This document shows positions 21,724 through 35,968 of a stretch of 64,000 nucleotides of DNA, piece by piece. The stretch lies in the NCBI GenBank assembly GCA_965645245.1, contig OZ287067.1, positions 2,604,001-2,668,000 on the forward strand, read 5' to 3'. The position numbers and the translations under genes were made by a program. How positions within the stretch are numbered: the stretch's first letter is position 1; every line of letters begins with the position of its first letter. The notes beneath the pieces were generated by a model that made no database searches, was not told where the DNA came from, and saw only the letters and a program-made list of their open reading frames with translations. Source of the DNA: Massalongia carnosa. Taxonomy: Eukaryota.

Positions 21724-24455
21724 TGAAGCTTCAAAACCTCAAGTCCAATCTATCATCTGTTATACACCATCCTGTTACCCTGTTGCAATCAATGGCCCAA
21801 CCAGAAGCATTGATTCATGAATCGGAATGATCATACAGCTCTGGAAACCAAAAACTCTTCAGGAGTTTGGGATGCTTACACAGTACCCCGTACAGAGGTA
21901 TCTATTACGAATCGTGTGAGGCATGGGAGTTTCTAGATTCATCAGTAAAGTGCTCTCCGTCAGTCCATCTCCATGGAGTCAGGTAGTAGGCTACGTGCTG
22001 CACTCGAACACCGGCCCATTAGAGGAGTCTTTTTTGCTGCCTAAGACGGACGGCGAAGGTTGAAACTGGAGTAATATTGGCTTTGAGTTGCACTTATGGC
22101 TCTTCTGATTCCGGTTTGTTAGGACCACAGCGTCGTTCAACGACGAGTTTCTTGCTAGATGTATATACCGGGCCTCACGACGTCGAGGTTTCCAACCATC
22201 CATCTATGGAGGGTTGCCTTACAAGGCGTCGTTCCAAGTGAAACGAAACTCCGCCAGATCGACGATCACAATTCTTGCCTCTTGGTTATGCAGAACTTAC
22301 ATGGGACTTTCGTACCGAGTGCGCTGTAGTATTGGGACTAAAGTTGCACGGAGTAAATGATTTGTTTTACCTTTGGTTCGGGTCCGGAAGTTTTCACCTT
22401 AAATTAATCCAAAGCAGACTGGCTCGAAAGTGAAGTTATTGTATGTTGAACTACGAAACCCCCGTCAAGTTGGATGAGTTCCTATAAGTCTTATTTGCCA
22501 GAACATTCATTCTCGCCGCGATACCCACTCTGATTCGTTTTAATTGTGGTGTTCAAGCAATATTCTTTAATACTCGGAACGACACGACTAAGCCAAATCA
22601 TGTACGACAGTCTAACTTACCGGCTCATCGCGGCAATATACCTATCTTACATTCCATTTCACCAGCTTCCATGTCAGTTTCACTTAATCCGTTCTTATCG
22701 TGAAGTTTGGTCAAGCCACAAACTCAGAGCGCAACCGGTGAAAACACTATATATCGCCCTCGTTCTTGTATGGGTTGTGTTTCTTGCTCTTGCTGGATGC
22801 GCAGCCCATCAGGTGTTAGTCGCTCGTGTGTATTTTGAACTGGGTCGAATACGATGATGAAGAGCAGGAGAATGATTCCATTCTTGGTCGATGATGCTCA
22901 TTTCCCAGCGATTTAGCATGCGGATTCCCTCGCCAATTAACAGAGCATGCACTGCCAACTCACCGTGAATCCACGGTTCAGCAGCTGCAAATCATGGCTG
23001 CGTGACTTTTGGCGTCCTGCAGATAGCCGCATGTTCGGTTCGATTTTGGTCACGGGACCTGTTAGGTGCAGGAGCCACCGAGAAAGAAGGGGAATCATGG
23101 GGCAGCTGGAGTTGAGGAGGAAGAAAAACAAAATTGCGATTTCCAATGGCAATCTGATTCAAAAGGGCAGCTGGATGGACTTTATGCTATCATTGCCGAA
23201 ATACAACTCAACGAGGACCCAAGACTAGAGTTTGCGTCGGATAGGAATAGAAAGCGACACTACACACCAACGTGAAAAGGATCTGAGAGCCTTTAACTCA
23301 GTGAGTATGATGACTCTGTTCGAAGCGCATCTAACCTGAACCTGCAGCAATGATGCATCAAAAATAAGGGATTGGTGTGTGCCTTTTTTATTTTATTTTG
23401 GATTTATCTGGATACTGGATACCGCCATTGGCAGTGGCTTGGGATGGGGTGGCACGGTATTCGTTATCTTTACGATCAGTACGGAGTACGGAGTACATAG
23501 TCTCCCTTCGCAGCGTCGAACCCGATTTGCTGTACACTGTAGTTATTACAAAACCAAAGAATCCGATAGGATCAGGGGATATTATGTCATCAATTCCAGA
23601 AGAGTATCGATATTTGCAAATATCGTGCTCATTACGACCGACCCACGCCCGCACAGAGTACAGAGTAAACAAATCCGAGTCCCGTGTGACAAGTACGTGT
23701 TCGTGCTCCTACTTTGTAAAGGAATTGATGTTAATTCTGGGGAGTTGCAGCATTCGAGGGCATCCAAGGGGTCTTAGCCCCTTCCCTCTTGAACCGTCTT
23801 TGGTGGGGTCTTGGAATGCGCCAATAGAAAGCTGTCAACAAGCCAAAGTAGTACCTACAGATGCAGCTGCCGCACCACAACGCTTGCCGCATGACTTGTA
23901 CACCACCCACATAGTATAGAAGTACGAAGTACCTCTGTAAGGTCTGAGTAGTATGTAAGATACTCTGTACTTTGCGACAAAGGCAGGATTTTCTTGGGAT
24001 TAACGAATGCACACAACAATCGACCAACCCTCCTTATTGCCAGCTGCACATGGCCATTCTACCGACATCATCCATCCAGCGCCGACTTTCATCGTCGCAA
24101 TGCGCTCACGCGGTCAGGAAGTCTTCTATACATCAACCTAAGACTCCAGCGGCCCACCCTCGTCCTTACCATAGTCGCAAGTCCACCGCGCAGGACTCCA
24201 TGTCGAAGCGACGGCGTCACGCTTCACGCTTGAAAGTGATAGGTGCATGTTGATTATGGAGCATACCTACTCCTTGCATGGGCATACACGAAGCATGTCT
24301 TGTACGTGACGTCGTTCTCCCTCATCTCGCTGGACTTGTCGACGAATCTCCCCAAGCATTCAGATCACTCCATTTCAAACTGGGACGAAGATGAGCTGAC
24401 TGAATCAGCGTTGGCCTCGACCATTGTGCCTCTTGCTTCTGAGCCTTCAAATCTA

Positions 24456-27400
24456 ATGGCTGTCGCTGTTTCGCCGATAGAACCGGAGCATTCTCCCGCC
24501 ATTCCCATTGAGCTTCAAATACCATTGCCTGAGTCGAGCAGCTGCTCTGAATATGGAGAGGACCATTTGAAGCCGGAAGAAACGCCAGATAATCTAGAGT
24601 CATGGGATGCGGGGATAGGACCTTGTAGCGCAACCCTGCCAATACCCACAAACAGAGAGGCTGATGAAGATACGCCCATGTTGGTTACTGAGACGCCCTC
24701 TGTATCCTTGGGCAAGCTTGCAAAGCTTTGTGAGCTCGAGCAGCATACTACTCGTCATGCTTTATCTATGAAAGATGGACTTGACAAACTTTCGCTGTCC
24801 AGTGCCCTGGCTAGGAGATTGATCCGAAGCTCATCCTTAGCCTATCGGGAAATGGTGGATCAATTAATGAACAACGACCATGGGGACTTTGCGGCGTCTT
24901 ACCAAGCCTGTGAAGATCTTGTTGATCAGTGTATGCGTGGTGAAGGTTCCCAGCCTTTCCGTGATTCACAGAGTGGGGGAGTTGTACTGAATCCGAATAC
25001 TTTGGAGGATAGTACGCAGTCATGGATCCACATGTTGCCCGCAGATTACCAGGAAGATATTCTCGAATTGATCTTAAAAATCAGAACTGATCCCAATTTC
25101 CTTTATGGGTGCATTTCACGCTTGTCATCATCAGAACTCATTGCGCTGACTTCTTCGCATCAATTTTCGGGAACTGTTGAATCCATTTTTCAAGGTTATT
25201 TTCGGGACCAAACCCGGACCAACGGAAAGAACGGCCGGGGAGGGTCACCTACCACCAGAGTAGAGGCTTTACGCAAATTCTATCAGGATGATCCTTTTTT
25301 CTCTCTACTTTACGGCGTCTTCGATGACTCTTGTAAGCAAGGCTCATCAGAGTACCATCTCCGGGCTGACATGTGGTCAACGGCTTGTGCGAGGATTCTT
25401 ACGGAGGGTAAACAAGGAAGTGAGGAATTTGTCATTACTATACTCGACACTTTTAGCAGCTTTCAAGACTGGAAACTGAAGCCGAAGATGGAACTGTTCT
25501 TGATGAAGCTCCTAAATATAGGATCGTTTCTTCTAGATCCGCCTCAACCGACGGACTTCAAGAAGCCTGTGGAATTACGCAATGCTCAAGCCGTCATTGC
25601 GGTATCCAATTTCTTTGATGACTCGTTGAAAGAACTCTTCCAGCTTCTTGCGGACGAGCAGCCTTTTGCCGGTGTACCGAGCAGCGCCTTGGACTTCGCG
25701 CGTGCTATTTTGACCAAAATCCAGGATCCTAGGGTTCAACTTCGCTCAAAAACTTTTATCACCACGAGGTGGTACTTCTCCTCCTATATTTCTAATTTCA
25801 TCCTCTATCCAGAGGTAAATTATTATAACCTCCCCTGAAGATAGTGCTAACATGTGCTATAATAGAGCCAAGGAGTTCTGACGAATTATCACATTGGTGA
25901 TACGGTTCGCCAAAAGATTCTGAAAGAGCTTACAAACCGGATGCAGAAGCAGGTGGCTGATGTTACTGCTCCTTGGTATGTATAGATGTCAGAGCTCTTC
26001 GGATTTCTGCGGGTCTGATCGGCATAGGAATCACCTGAGCATTGTATCGCCAGACATCCAGGCTCGTGTAGGCCAATTTCTTGAAATATTCGAGCCATGT
26101 CCATTGAAAGGCTCTAGTTCTCCCATGCAGCATGATGGCGAATTATTATTGCCAGCTCATCTGCTCGTAAGCCCACAAACCCTGATATGCCTAATCAACT
26201 TTTTCTATCCGGAGCTCCCTTCGCCTTCAATAGATTCTCCATATAGTGCAAATCCTTCTACTTCTTCTTCTCTTGCTGGCTGTTCAACCCTTGCATCTGG
26301 ATCAACGGATCTTGGTAGCACAGCGGCCTCTTCTCTTACGCCTAGCATCAGTGGGACTCTTGTGGCAACTAGTAGCCTTACCAATGAAAATCCCCAGGAA
26401 GACTTGCAGACGAAAGATATGCAGTGTCCGCTAACCCAGCTTGGAGCTTTGGGTTTGAAAACCCAGACCATAGAGTCCAAATATAATCTCGGTCATAAGA
26501 TGAGATCAGTTTGTAAGAAGCTGGCAGAACTGCTACCATCAGATAAAGACCAATCTTGTCGTTGGTCTGCACAAGAATGGGTGTTTATATACATTGCTCG
26601 AGATCGGAAGAGTCTTTCTTGGAGTCCTCCAAGTCTTGAATCAAGTTCATACGAAGGGGTCCCTTCGATTGATGAGGTGCATCCACTGCCAAGAATCTCT
26701 CGACAGGACCTTGAAGGCCTAAGACAAGCGATAACAATGATTTTTTCCGATTCTAATTCTTTTCATGAACTCCTTTGGGATGCGCAAGCACAGGTAGGAG
26801 AATCTTATGATGTTGGGTATGTGCTGAAACAGCTTTTTGAACGAGCAATGTTAGAGTGCGAAGCCAAGTACTGTTTTACAGAGGCTCTTCTTTGGTGGAA
26901 AAACATCCAACTTTTGCAGAAGCTTTCAATCGAACAGCACCACCCAGAATATCTTAACGATCATCTACGGGCGATCGAGAGAGACATCCACACCGATATA
27001 AGTAGTCATACGGAGACCATGAAGAGAAACCAAACCTGGTATTATTCTCTTAAAAATCTCCAGAATTCACAACAAAAAGAGCTCAACAAGCTAGAGATTG
27101 CGCGAAAAGCTTTGCGTATCAAAATGTGGTATGTTTCAGATGTCAGACATTCCGCACCATATGAGGATGCTTTATATGTTGCTCGCGCATTGCGGGCTAT
27201 GGCAAATTCCTCACGCACGAAACAGCCTGGAAGTATCACAAACTGGGCTCGCCACCGACTTCGGAGTTCCTTGGGCCAAGATCGATCCGAAGCACAGACT
27301 CTTGAGATTCTGGCAGCCCATAAGGACTACGGAGGACTTGCCAAGCTTGCTGATGACCAGGTTGAGCTGACATCAAGGTGGTTGACTCGAAATAGCGTGG

Positions 27401-29301
27401 AGAATTTCTGCAAAGGCGAAGAGAGAATCCACCGGTTCTGTTTCGAGGTCCAAAGGTGTGTCAACAAACTTGCGGGACTGAGTTTGCTTGATAGTCCTGT
27501 TTTGTGGTCCAGCCGGCTTTTTGGGCGTGAAAAGTTGGCATTTGATGGAAGGCTTCCGGCTTCGCGCACGTACGAAGGGCCATACAGTATTTCTAATACA
27601 CAAGTGTATGCTTCCAACCAGAATAGTTCAAATTCTTCGCAAATGTCCTATCTATCAATTAACTCATCGGTGAATTCCGATGGCTTTATTCAGGACCACC
27701 GGACAAACCATCTAAGTCGAATTTGGAGTCTCCCTAAGTCGCATGTTGAGTACAACGCCACATCTCCGGCTTCAAAATCAAGGCTCACCTATCATCCGGG
27801 TGTAGCACCGCCACATTCTTCATCAACGACTCAGCAATTCACGTCAACTCCCGGCTATAGCGGGTTAGCCAGGAATATACCAAACGAGGTGATGGATGCG
27901 AAAAAGGCTTTCACCGACCAAATCAAGAAGGTTCTATATAGTTTTCTAATAAGCGATCTGGGTTATCTGTTATGGACTCAAGGTAGTGAAACAGATACAT
28001 GGATTAATCTTCGAAATCAAGACGAGTTTCTGCGGCCTCCGCAGTCTTGGCAGCCCCGGTGTATGACTCCAGATGTTGGTGCTGGAACGAAGGTAGATCC
28101 TAGAAACGGTGATTCAAATCAGGTTAATGACGTTGTTGATCAGACCGAGAGGGCTCTTCAGGATCAACATCAATCCAGAAGTTTGTTGGCATATCAAGGA
28201 TATACACAACGACTTGAGGAAGCAGCCACCAACTCGGATGCGCCTGCCCATAGCGCGCTGCAAACAGGTGGAACCAAAGGCCAAAGCCTTAGTTCACCTT
28301 TCCCTTATTCAGAAGCATACAAACTGCTATTAGAGAGATTTTCCTTCAGTCCTGATCCCTACTTCAAACTTCAAATGTTGTCAGAGCTCGAAGCTCTTGT
28401 TTCGATATCCCTCGCCGAGACGACACCCAGTCCTCAAATTATGCCGAATTTCCCGTCAGCTAGTCCTGATCTATATACCGAGACCGGCAATTACGCGAAT
28501 AGACGAGATACAAATGTGCCTCGAACAAAAGCGACTAGCTTAGAAGAAGTCATTGCGAATTGTACCGAGCGGCGAGCGGGTACTTTGAAATTTACCTTAT
28601 CAAAAGCCAGCCAAGGAAGAAGGATATTGTCATCAAAAAAGTACAATCTCTATCTTCCCGACCCCGATTCAATTACCAACGCCCTTCTTGCGATCCTCCG
28701 CGACCCGACTCTTCGTCCTCGCACCCTTTACCGCGATCTTCAATTCATCGCCGCCTTTGTCCCTTCTTCTGTCCTGGATCAAACCTCGCAAGGAAAAACC
28801 TTTTGGGATGCCAGCCTCGCGGCATTAGTTCTCAAAGAGGATCTCTGCGCATCCATGATTACCCGGGCGACAGCCATAACTACATATCATATTTCGGTTT
28901 CCAAAACGCTTTCCAACCCTCAAGATGATGTTCTTGCAAATACTACTCTCGGCGACGCCGCACGTCTGTGGCTTATTACCGCCAAGGAGGGCTCGCCGCT
29001 TGCCGCCCGCGAGTTAGGCCTCTTCTATTTAACACATCCGGAGTTACTACCACGCGTGACGCTACCCCTTTCAAAGGCCAAGGATGTGTTTCGATTGACC
29101 GCTTCAGGCGATCACAGAGGTGGAAGTGCTGGGGTTGGGGGTTTGGTGGGGGGCGCTGGGATTGGAGCAGGGGCGACGGGAGGCCTAGATGCATGGACGT
29201 TTGCGGTAGTATTTCATTGGATGGAGCTGGCAGCCAACGGGGGTGACAGGGATGCACGTGACTTTTTGAAGGGAAATGGGGAGTTGAGCGCAGGGCGGTG
29301 A
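24456..29301 (+). CDS. Large hypothetical protein; possible RasGAP-like N-terminal and VPS9-like C-terminal regions (introns 25815-25865, 25976-26027)
   Basis: Two long ORFs joined in frame by GT-AG introns. The start codon is uncertain and the domain calls are by eye. Confidence 0.8.
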
Positions 29302-29923
29302 TACGAGTTTTGGAGGCCAGGGAGAAAAGTGGGCCCCTCTTCCAGCGGCCGACAAAATCCTTCAAGACTTCTTTTCTCTACTTCTACCATTTCTCTTCAT
29401 TTTCCTCCATCTTTTGTTTGTTATTTTCTCTCTCTTGCTCCATTCCCCTATCTAAGAGCACGGGCTAGGCTTCTAGAACCGACTATTCTGGGGCGGCTTT
29501 CTGTACATCTCTATTATTTTTTACCAATCAATTTTTCCTTCTTGCCTTTGGTAATGTTGTTTTTTTGGGGGGGGAGGGGGGAAGGTAGGAGTCGGTAGGG
29601 GAATACCCAACGTTTGAGTGGATTAAGGGGTACTTTGAGGAGGAGGTTTTTTGTAGGATAGAATTATATAAATCAAAGGGTCGATTGATCAAGGTGGAGG
29701 GTCGTTCGGAAGGATATTTGTTCATAGGAGGAGAATGATAACGAGATGATGCCCGGACAGTCGCTGTTTACACTTGGATATACACGTGATCGAAGGAGGC
29801 TTTCAGGCACCTCGGCCCGAGGTCTGCATTTTCACCTCAATCCTCATGGTATTCTCATGATGGCACCATGGCCATCGACAGAGCAATTGCATCTCTCCTT
29901 CAGCAGAGCTCTCCAAACACGAA

Positions 29924-31282
29924 ATGCCTTTCAGCACCGCTCTTACCCGACAGCTAGGGATCAAGAGTAGGGACTTCCAAAGTCCAAGCAGCAGACACCG
30001 TGGCTGATGTTCTGCAGTTCCTGTGGTTCAGGGAGGAATGCAATGGTGTGCTCCTTTGACAACTTTAGACCCACTGTAGTGCTGAAAATACATCCAAAGG
30101 ATCGGGTATGCTGAACTCGCAAGTGCTGTCAGCAATGCCGGAGGGCTTGGAATAGTAATGCCTCCCATTTCCGTAAACTCAAGCAGTCATATCATTGATT
30201 CTGACAACCGACATCAAAGCTCACAGCTCTCACGCAACCCTCCCCGGACGCCCTCCGCCATGAAATCCAAAGATGCCGGAAGATGACCCCAAACCCCTTC
30301 GGCGTGAACCTTACCCTCCTCCCGGCTCTCGTCCCGCCGGACTATCGAGGCTATGCCCAAGCCATCATTGACGAAGGGATCACGATTGTCGAGACAGCCG
30401 GGAACAGCCCAGGCCCTGTGATCCGCCAGCTGAAAGCGGCCAATTGCACCATCCTGCATAAATGCACCACCATCCGCCACGCGGAGTCGGCCATCAAGCT
30501 CGGCGTCGATTTCCTCTCCATCGACGGTTTCGAGTGTGCGGGGCACGTAGGCGAGTCGGACATCACGAACTTCATTCTCTTGGGCCGCGCGCGACAATCC
30601 CTCAGCGTGCCGTTCATCGCCTCCGGTGGGTTCGCAGACGGCCAGGGGCTGGCGGCGGCGCTGAGCCTTGGCGCTGAGGGCATCAACATGGGCACACGCT
30701 TCATGTGCACGATCGAAGCGCCCATCCATCAGAACGTGAAGCAAGCGATTGTCGATGCGCAGGAAACCGATACGGAGCTCGTGCTGCGGCGATGGAAGAA
30801 CACGACCCGGCTGTTCGGGAACAAAATCGCCAAGCAGACTGTGCAGGCCGAACGCGCCAGCACCAGCGGAAAATTCGAGGACGTCGCGCCACTCGTGAGC
30901 GGGAAGCGAGGGCGGCAGGTCTTCATCGACGGAGATGTGGATTTCGGCGTAAGTTCCCACCCCTCTCCGCGTCAATCTTTCCGAGGCGCCGCTAGGCTGG
31001 ACTGGACTGGACTAATGGAGTATTGCTGCCAATAAGGTATGGACAGCCGGTCAAGTGATCGGCCTGATCCATGATATCCCCTCGTGCAAGGAGCTGGTGC
31101 ACCGCATCGAGCGCGAAGCGGAGGAGACCCTTACGAAAGCCTCCGCGCTCATCGTCGGCTCAGGGGCCGAGAGGCCTGCAGCCCTGGAATCGGCGGCGCC
31201 ACCCGCGAGAGGCGGCACAGTGGGGCAGCATATGAACAATCCTGGCGCGGAGGTCTGGGGTGTGGGCAAGAGTAAACTGTAG
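29924..31282 (+). CDS. Nitronate monooxygenase / 2-nitropropane dioxygenase family protein (multi-exon), C-terminal SKL
   Basis: Motifs PVVQGGMQW, SNAGGLG, PFGVN, IDGFECAGH, ASGGFADG, GINMGTRF and WTAGQVIGLI; short 5' exons are bounded by GT-AG. Confidence 0.93.
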
Positions 31283-31567
31283 AATGGAAAAGTTGCATAT
31301 GCATATTCCAATTTTGAGTGTCTGGTTTTGAGATTTGAGATTTATTTTATTCTTTCTCCCTCCAATCCCGCTTCTGGATGTAGAATAAAAAGCCAGTGAT
31401 CGCTCCATGCCTGATGACCTGATGACCTGCTGCATAAACCTCCCCCCCCCCTTCTGAAGTCTTGCTAAGAAAGGCAAGTAACTAACGTAGCTCCAGTTGC
31501 AAGTATGGTTCCACCCAACCCCAAACCCCCCTATCGCCCCCCCTTCTTTCCACCCCCATCGGCTCTC

Positions 31568-31833
31568 TTACCGCTCAATAAAGAAGCCAAAGCCGACGAA
31601 GACGCAGACGCAGCCTTCAGGGCGCCCGCGCGCAGGAGCCGGCGCTGCTTGAGATAATTCTCGACGAGGTTCTCGACGCTGCCACGGTCGTGTTTGGGTT
31701 TCCTATTTGGGGAAGAAGGAAAGGGTTGGGGTTAGTGGTTAGTTGGCTTGATTTTAATGGAGAGGGAAGGGAAGGGGGGAGACAAAATGATCCCTATCTG
31801 CTTCTTCTGCACGCCAGCTAGATTATGAGGAAA

Positions 31834-31868
<35 letters not shown>

Positions 31869-32555
31869 ACGCCCCCCTTCCCATAAGAAAACACACATAC
31901 CTCAAGAAATACGCCCTCGCCCTCCTCATCCTCTTCTCCACCCTCTTCACCACCTCCAAGCTTATCACATTCGGGCTGAACACCTTCACCCACATCTCCA
32001 CGCCCGTCGTCATCAATCTGCCGCGCAGCAGCACCGCCGTATCGGTCCCCCGCCGCCGCACGCTAAGACATACGCCCGCGAACGGATCGCCGGTCTTGAA
32101 CGTGGCGAGGAGGACGTCCCCCGTGCGGGGCGTGTCCGGGTTGTTGCGCGCGAACAAGCGCGTGCGGGTGCCTGTCGGGTCGAGGGTGGCGAGATGCGCG
32201 GTTTGGGCCAAGGCGAGGGGGGTGGAGAATTGCGCGCGGGCGGAAGGGGGAGGGGGGTAGGTCTTGATTTTCGGTTGGGGGGAGGCTGGGGAGAGAGAGA
32301 GAAGGGAAAGGGGGGGGGTTAGGTTGGATGGATGGATGGATAAGGGTACATGGAATGGGGGAGGGAAAGGGAGGGAAGGGGGGGGAGAAGGGGAGGCGAA
32401 CCTTTCTTATCTGAGAAAGAGGAGAAGAAAGGGTTGTGGGGGGGAGATGATGGTTTTTGGTGGGTGGAGAGGGCGGAGTAGAGGCATCGAGCAGGCGATT
32501 GGAAACAAGAGGATCGAAAGTGAGGATGTTTCCAGCAGCTCAGAAGAGGGCGCAT
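31568..32555 (-). CDS. IMG1: Mitochondrial ribosomal protein bL19m (multi-exon)
   Basis: Motifs GDVLLATFKTGDPFAGVCLSVRRRG..LLR..GVEMWVKVFSP and RRARAYFLR/KPKHDRGSVEN; presequence-like N-terminus. Confidence 0.88.
31837..31866 (+). repeat. (GA)n microsatellite in an IMG1 intron
   Basis: Run of about 15 GA units. Confidence 0.9.
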
Positions 32556-32823
32556 GGTGGGGAGGTGTGAAAGCTAAATAGGTAGTCGAAAAGATTGAAG
32601 AGAGGGAAGGTTTTAGTTTCGGAGCTATTCGTCTCGCTAGAATATTTTTCCGAGAGCGCTCTTCCCTGTACTACTCCGTAAGTTTAACTACTCTCTAGCT
32701 TTCAACAAACGACACATTTGTTCAATCCCCCATCTCTCTCTTGTCCCTAGAGAAGGGGGTCATACACACCTCCTTCAGCAACTTCAATTAATCTACGAAC
32801 TCGGTTCAATCGTTCAACCAACC

Positions 32824-34118
32824 ATGTCCCCTCTCCGTCCTCCTCTCCTGTCGTCGTCGTCGTCCTCACTTCCCCGTCTCCAGCTCCAATTCTACAACCT
32901 CCGCGCGCTACAGCCGCAACAAACAGCAACACGCACCATAACCACAACTCCGTCCCGAAGAAAAGGTTCCTTCCCCCCCCCCCCCACCCAAAAGAAAGAA
33001 AAAGAAAGAAAAGACAAGCTAACCCAATCCAACCTCCCCTCCCTCCCCCAACAGGCGGTCCCCTCCCAACCATCCTCCCCACTCAATCTACGCCCCTCAA
33101 CGACCTCCTCAACACCTTCCGGACCAACATCTTCCTGCCCGCGCACCTCCACAAGTCCCAACGCGACCTCATCTACCGGCGCAAACACCAACACCTGCTC
33201 ACAGGCGACGAGCCCGCGACGGCCTCGATCGCGGGCGAAATTGTGCAAATGCGCCCGTTGGACCGGCTGCGCGACGAGCCCGCTACGGACCCGTCGATCG
33301 CGCGCGTCCTACAGCTGATGCGGGAGACGGGCCATTGGGGCAATTTGCCGGGGTTTTTGGCCGGGCTGCAGACGGCGCGGAGGAAGCCCAAGGGATGGCA
33401 GATGGAGCGGGTGGCGCGGAAGGCGTGTTTAGTGGGCAAGGAGGGGTTGGTGGTGCAGTGCGTGCGGTCGGCGGAGATAACGGGACTGGGGCTGTGGGAG
33501 GTGGGGGTCGTGAGGGAGTTGATGTGGGCGGCGATGCGGCGGGCGCAGGCCGGAGCATGGCGGAGGAATGCGGTGGAGCGGGGCTTGCGGTTCGCAGAGA
33601 TGGTCTGGGTGTTGCTGCAGGATCCCAAGCAGGCCGTTCCCCAGGGGTCCGGGCTCGTGAATCCAAGGGGCAGGTCGGAAGTGGTCGGGGTGCTGTTGCA
33701 GCTGCATGCGGCCATGGCGATCGTCACGCAGGGCGGGACGGAGGGGGTCAAAGTGCAGGATGAAGGGAAAAGGGTGGGCAAGTACGTGCGATTGCTACTA
33801 GCGTCATGGGACAATGCGAGACTGGGAGTCACGGAGAAAGGGGACGACCACGAGGCGAATCGACAGTTGATGAGGTGGGCGCCGGTCTGGCACGGCATGA
33901 AGCTGGCGCGAGAGGTGCTGGGCAAGGACTCATCGCTGGGGCGCGAGCTCACAGTCAAGTTGTGTCAAGTGGAGCCAGTCTTGCAGAAAGCGCAGGAGAG
34001 GGTATTATTGGCGCAGACCGCACCGGCCACGCCGGCGGATCTGGCTCATCAGGAAGAGGGCATTCGCCGCGGCGTGAAGGTGTACGACGATCTATCTGCA
34101 GCTACCGTCTCTTCGTAG
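32824..34118 (+). CDS. Hypothetical protein, probably mitochondrial (one intron at about 32966-33053)
   Basis: Arg/Ser/Leu-rich presequence-like N-terminus; the spliced frame LNDLLNTFRTNIFLPAHL..QRDLIYR continues into the 291-aa ORF; head-to-head with IMG1. Confidence 0.75.
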
Positions 34119-34377
34119 TACTCAATCAAACCTGGCATTTGATATCGGTCTCGAAACCGGTTCAGCGCTCGCCACCGTCGCTGTTGCTCGGGAACTGAGT
34201 CGTGATTCAAAATGGAGATGACGAACCAACGCCGGTCGAAATGTCGGCCCTACGGACGGGGTTAGCTTCAATCTCGATGTGAGTCTCTCGGTTGAACTGA
34301 GAGAAAATGGCAAAAATCAACCAAATAAATCACCACCACCAAAAAAGTCCCGGTCAAGCGTTTCCCCTTTCCTTCCC

Positions 34378-35307
34378 CTACTTCCCATTCACGAACCCCC
34401 AACCCAGCCAAAAACGGAAAAACCCACGGAACAAGGAACTACCTAGACTCACCAAATTCTCCACCCAGTAATCCAACCAATACGGCGCCGTCCGCACAAT
34501 CACCTCCACCACCCCTCCACCACTGCTGAGCCCGGTCCATGGCGTCACCAAGGGGGAAATGATATTCGGATGGATCTTCCAGTCGGACTCCCCCCACGCG
34601 AGCATGAAGTCGACTTGAACCTTCAGCGAGGGGCCACTATGATGCTGCAAGAAGCCGGCGAGCGCGTAGCAGTTGCGGTGGACTTGGCTGTGTAGGATGT
34701 CGCCTTGATAGGGGCCGTGGACCTAGGAGTTTGTCAGCGGGATGTGGGAGAAAGGTTTGACGAAGGTAGATGGACGGGGAACCATGCCGGGGGGTTGGGA
34801 AAGGCTCAAGCAGCAATCAAGCACTGGGGGAAAAGGATCGAACCACAGTTTTCAAAGACAAAAGAAATCATTCAAACATACCGGAACATCGATTACAATG
34901 TTCCGCATGGTGCTCAATCGCCATGCCGAAATCCGATACACCTTTTCCAGATGCTCCAAAATCGGGGGGCCCAACAACAGTCCCTCGGTAATCCAGAACA
35001 CATTCTCATGGTAGAAAACTCCCAAGCCCTCGGTGTAAGTTTGCCTACAGACACGCAGCAGCGCCGTGTCCTGGGTTAGGGAGAAGTGGCGTTTGATCTT
35101 GAAGGCACGGGGGCTGACGAGGGCGTGGCGGTAAATGAGGTTTCGGAGCTCCCCGGGGAGAGAGAGGAAGCGGAAGGGTTGCGGGGGTGGGGTGTCGGGG
35201 ACGGCGGGAAGAGCGGAGAGGGCGGAGAGGGGCTGGTAGAAATTAGGGTTTACGTGGGGTGATTGTTCGTACCTGCAAGCGAGGGTTAGTGTCATGTGAT
35301 CAGTCAT
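34378..35307 (-). CDS. Hypothetical protein with F-box-like FLxLPxELRNxIY motif (multi-exon, start uncertain)
   Basis: PFRFLSLPGELRNLIYRHAL..TALLRVCRQTYTEGLGVFYHENVF. Confidence 0.65.
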
Positions 35308-35968
35308 CGGTTATCCTCATCGAGGAGGGGTTGGAAGTACTGTTCGCGGTATGGACATGGTAAAAATGAGGGCGTGGATGGGCTTGGAACGAGTGGACTA
35401 TAGCATGGAAAGGCCATGGCTAAAATGGATGCGATGAAGTGGCCTGGGTATTCTCTGTGGACCTTCCGACGAAAAGAGCGGACGCTAGGGACAGGCTGAA
35501 GATATCAATGTGGTGGACTTAATCATGCCTTTTATTGGAATAAAAAGGTTACGAGTATCGGTTGGCGAATGTGCCCATGATGTTCAAGACTGATCGTTCG
35601 GGTTGGTGTTCAGAGTATTCTATGAATCAACAAAGATGGGTCGTGGGCGATTGGGTATTGCTCACAGTGGAAGGTGCGATTGTCTGTGCATGGTTGATTG
35701 TGGGCTGATTTATTTAGTTATTATGCCTAACTTAGCCCAGGCACCCAGGCAGCGCAGGCAACACAGGAATGCGACACTATTCATCCAACCAAATAACAGT
35801 GAGTGACGAGCAGCTCAACTACAATGAGTTTATCATTTTCATTCTATAACGTAGTTAATCATAAACAGGCATCTATGCATTAGTGCCGAATCAGAGTGTA
35901 TCGAGAATATTGAGTCCAACCTATTCCCCCCTTTCGTCGCCTAGTTCCAACTCCTCTGCTGGTTTCCT

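Noticed and set aside
23306..23360. Box C/D snoRNA (ATGATGA..CTGA..ATGATGC)
   Set aside because: No terminal D box, terminal stem or recognisable rRNA guide.
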